Part shown: positions 46,447-50,163 of the stretch, piece by piece
Layout: every line of letters begins with the position of its first letter
Numbering within the stretch: position 1 is the first letter of the stretch
DNA from: Bacteroidota bacterium
GTDB taxonomy: Bacteria; Bacteroidota; Bacteroidia; Flavobacteriales_D; UBA2798
Assembly: GCA_049322335.1 (NCBI GenBank)
Contig: JBMORL010000118.1
Span: 4,316 to 54,478, forward strand
DNA length: 50,163 bases
Reading direction: 5' to 3'
The notes under the pieces: generated by a model
Database searches by the model: none
Seen by the model: the letters and a program-made list of their open reading frames with translations, nothing else
What the model was told of the DNA's origin: nothing
Translations under genes and position numbers: made by a program

Positions 46447-49400
46447 GATGGGCTTTCTTCTGAAAACCGGTTGTATTTTACTACTGTTGCTGTGGCAGCC
46501 CTGCTTTGTTATTTCTCAAAAAAACAAAGTGTACTATTCCCTCAGCGAAGCCCTGAAAAATCCCGAACAGGTTTATCACCTTGAACTACGCAAAAAAAGC
46601 CTCTCCTCACTGCCTCCGGATATCGGTAAACTGGTGAACCTTGAAACACTTATTCTCGAAAAAAATTATTTAAAAGCGCTGCCTCCCGAAATCGGTCAAC
46701 TGAAAAACCTGAAAATACTTGACGCTGACCAGAACAGCCTCACCGCCATTCCTGCAGAAATAGGAAATCTTATACTATTGGAAGAACTGGACCTTGACCA
46801 GAATTATATCCGTGCTCTGCCCTCTTCCATCGGAAATCTTGTGAACCTCAAAAGCCTCGATATTCACAGCAACAATCTCACATCACTTCCCCGCGAGATC
46901 GGCAACCTTACAAAACTTACCGAAATTATTTTTACTGCCAACCGGATCGACAGCCTGCCGGTTGAATTTCAAAACCTGGAAAATATCACCACGCTGGTGA
47001 TTGATAAAGTAAAATATATTCCTGCTATCGGAAAAATGCAGAAATTAACCAGCCTGAGTATTTATGAAGGAGGAATGAAAACACTTCCGGAAGACCTGGG
47101 CGAACTGAAGAACCTGAAAACATTGAAAATATACAATACACAAGTCAAAAAACTTCCCGATGGTTTTGGAAAATTAACCCAACTTACTGAACTGATTCTT
47201 TCCTATAACCAACTGGATTCACTGCCTGCTGATATTGGTAATCTTGTGTTGCTTACGCGCCTTGATGCAAAACATAACCGGCTTACAACATTACCCGGTT
47301 CCATTGGTAAACTCAAACAGCTTCAATACCTCGGATTAAAAGGAAACCTGTTAACCACATTACCGGATGAAATTTGCGGATTAACCGAATTGAACGATCT
47401 TGAAGTTTCGGAAAACAAACTCACTTCATTACCGCTGGATTTTTACCGGCTGTCGAAAATAAAGTATCTTTCCCTTTCCAACAATCAATTTACCAGGCTA
47501 CCAGCCGAAATTGGAAAATGTACTCAACTTACCTATCTGAATGTTTCGGATAATAAACTTACCTCGCTTCCGGAAGAGATCGGCCAGCTGGTGAATGTTA
47601 CTTCGCTTCATTTAAAAAACAATCAGCTTAAAGAACTTCCTGCAGGAACCGGAAAAATGAAATCGCTGAAAATTCTGCATGCAGAATACAATTCGCTCAC
47701 CACCATTCCCTCTTCCATGAAAGATCTTTCCTCACTTACGGAGTTGCATATTCATCACAATAAAATCACGACACTTCCTGCAGAAACAGGTTTTATACCA
47801 TCACTCGCTTTACTGGATGCTTCACACAACCAGCTAACCACACTACCTGCAGAAATCGGCAAGCTTAATTTACTGATAAGAATTTATCTTCAAAATAATA
47901 AATTAACCACTCTTCCTGTTGAAATTGGAACACTGACTTCCTTAAACGAATTGCATCTGGACAGCAATAAGATCACTTCCTTACCTGCCACCATCGGGCA
48001 AATGAAAGAATTAAATACGCTGGAAATAAATTACAATTTGCTACCGGGATTACCTGCAGAACTGGGAAGAATGCCACAGTTGAGTTCGCTTTCTGTTATG
48101 GGAAACCCGTTCTCCACCACTCTTGATCCGCTGGCGGGTGCAAAAGAATTGTCATTTCTGCTGATGTCGGAAAAACATTTAAAACTACTTCCGCTGGAAA
48201 TGATCAATCATCCTCAGCTTATTGCTATTGAACTGGGAAATGAAAAAACAATAGAACTAAAATATCTTACACAAATTCTGATTGAAAATAGTTCATTCCC
48301 GCCCGAAAAGAAAAAGGAAATGCGCAGGCAGTTATGGGCGGATAAGATCATCCGGGAAATTATTTCCCACTCTTCTGTTCTTTACTGGGATGAACCGGGA
48401 ACGAAAAGCTTTGCCCTGTTATACGGGTTGAAATCCGCCCATTCCACCGAACAACTGACAGCGTTGTGCAATGATACTTCTTCATTGTACCTGAGGCTTT
48501 ATGCTTTCAGGGCGCTGGAAGAGCAAAACTATCCCGGAATTTATACTGTAATACGTGAACACATGTTTGACGATGATTTTGTGATGGAAGATAAATACAC
48601 CGATGACGATATAACAGCCGGTGATATTTATACTTCATCACGACTGCTCACTGCTGCTCAAAAAAAGGAGACTGACAGCTTACTTTTGTATACCGACAAC
48701 AACCTGTTACGTACAAAACATCTTCTCCGGGAACTGAAACCCGAAGAACGTCACCATCAGCGAATTTATGAACTTGCGGAAACATCAATGGAAGCTTTGC
48801 ATCTGCTGGCAGAATACGGAGATGAAAAAGATAGCGTAAGGTTAAGAAATTGTATGATTAAAAAACATTATGATCCGGATGATATCACATCCATTATTGA
48901 AAAACATCATTTTTCTTACTTAAAACCCGTATTGGATTCGCTCATCGTAAAAAAAAGCAACTATTATTCAGGATTTGCCGGTGCGATGGCATCCTACCGG
49001 GATGAATATGCACTGAATTATTTTAAAAATCAATTTGAGCTGAACGAAGGATCCGGTTGGAAAAGACAGATTACAGATTTTGAAGGAATGTCTGAATACC
49101 CCTGCCCGTTATACGATAAATTACTTTTTGAACTGGCGGAAAAATATCCAGCGTATATTACCAACAAACTTTTCGACTACCTGAAAACGCGTGATATATA
49201 CCGGAGTACAGAACTAGCAAAATCAACCCTTTCAAAGCTACATAAAGAAATTCCGAAAGAGGTTACAGAAAATTATATCCGGCACCTCGCCATTTATGAT
49301 TTTAATGCGCTGGGTGATACTATTGCCGGCATTTTTTCTAAGGCAGAAAAAGAACAATATGTCAGCATTTCTTTTGACGGAATTCATTATAGGGTGGAAC

Positions 49401-50163
49401 CAGAAAAAGATTATCATCATAGTTATTCTGATTTCACCGACTATAACCGAAAATACACCAATGTTTCCTTTTTTGTTGATCAGGCCCATTGTTTTAAAAG
49501 CGAAAAAACGGCAATAGCCATGCTTTCATTCATGAAAAACATTGGTGCAAACCTGAAAGAGATCACTTCCTGTATTTTATCCTATAACGAACCTGAATGG
49601 AACCGCCAGCTTATCGCGATTCTCGCAGAAAAAAGAAACCTGTATTATAGTATTGATGACGAAATAAAAGAATTGCTGGAAGAATACGGCTGGCTGGAAG
49701 AAATGAAAAAACTCACCAAAATATATCCCGTCAATCCAACCGGAAGCTGGGATATTATTTCTTACACTACCGAAAAAGGCGAAACCAAAACCGCGCCCTA
49801 TTTTGCAAAACTTGAACTAACGGCAAGCTCCTACAGGCACCTGCATTGTTCCGACTGGCATATTGGTAAATACACAACAGAAAAACCGAATGCCATACAA
49901 TTTGATTCGGTAGCTGAATATGAATATGTAAACAAAAATACTCCCGGGCTTGCTCTTTCGGCACCGCAACCCCGTTTTAGTTATTGCACCGGGATAAAAG
50001 ACATGTCTGTCGTTACGGATTACGATCACTATCTCACTGAAATTTTATCATCGGTAACCCGTTATGAATTAAAAGACAGTACGCTTACTTTGTATGGAGA
50101 AGGAAAAAGTGTAGTAAAATTAAAACTGAATAACAGCTGGTATCCCGACTGGAGAAAACCGGT
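46447..50163 (+). CDS. Large secreted leucine-rich-repeat protein. About 24 consecutive 23-residue LRRs, then an uncharacterised C-terminal region of more than 600 aa. It is 3'-truncated by the window end and missing from the supplied ORF track because no stop lies in the window.
   Basis: The ATG at 46447 is followed by an open frame to the last base (I read the codons and saw no in-frame stop). Signal peptide MGFLLKTGCILLLLLWQPCFVISQ. Repeats of L..LP.EIG.L.NL..L.L..N.L..LP run from ~46600 to ~48230. After that the sequence is non-repetitive. Confidence 0.8.

Noticed and set aside
49238-50029. Small ORFs (49238-49489 -, 49296-49517 +, 49767-49964 -, 49817-50029 -) near the window end.
   Set aside because: All lie inside the long open frame of the LRR protein on the plus strand. 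They are spurious.

Overview
The window is a 50 kb chromosomal segment that looks Bacteroidota (Bacteroidetes), with roughly 40% GC. Evidence for that: a T9SS C-terminal sorting domain on a subtilisin, a WG-repeat giant protein, TAnnTTTG-like -7 boxes, and SpoIIE sensor architectures typical of the phylum. Housekeeping genes are interleaved with accessory-looking blocks. Housekeeping: pruA, ispH, dihydroorotase-like, map, deoxynucleoside kinase, RND/MMPL exporter, flotillin, OmpA/TolB-like. Accessory blocks: (a) two tandem, translationally coupled PP2C/SpoIIE sensor phosphatases. (b) A tightly coupled three-gene minus-strand operon: an 883-aa SMC-like ABC ATPase with a long coiled coil, then 402-aa and 175-aa helical proteins, next to four small domain-less ORFs. 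This is the strongest candidate for an undescribed condensin-like (Mks/Wadjet-like) or ABC-3C-like conflict system. (c) A T9SS S8 protease plus a 1441-aa WG-repeat protein. (d) A two-gene cassette (lipoprotein plus a prolipoprotein diacylglyceryl transferase (Lgt)-like fusion protein) bounded by near-identical ~165-bp direct repeats. (e) A split TfoX (N and C domains as separate genes). (f) A secreted LRR protein of more than 1239 aa that runs off the window end and is absent from the ORF track. The first ~440 bp hold 109-bp tandem repeats with a recurring hairpin motif. Many short ORFs antisense to long genes are judged spurious. All calls rest on reading motifs from the translations; no database searches were run.
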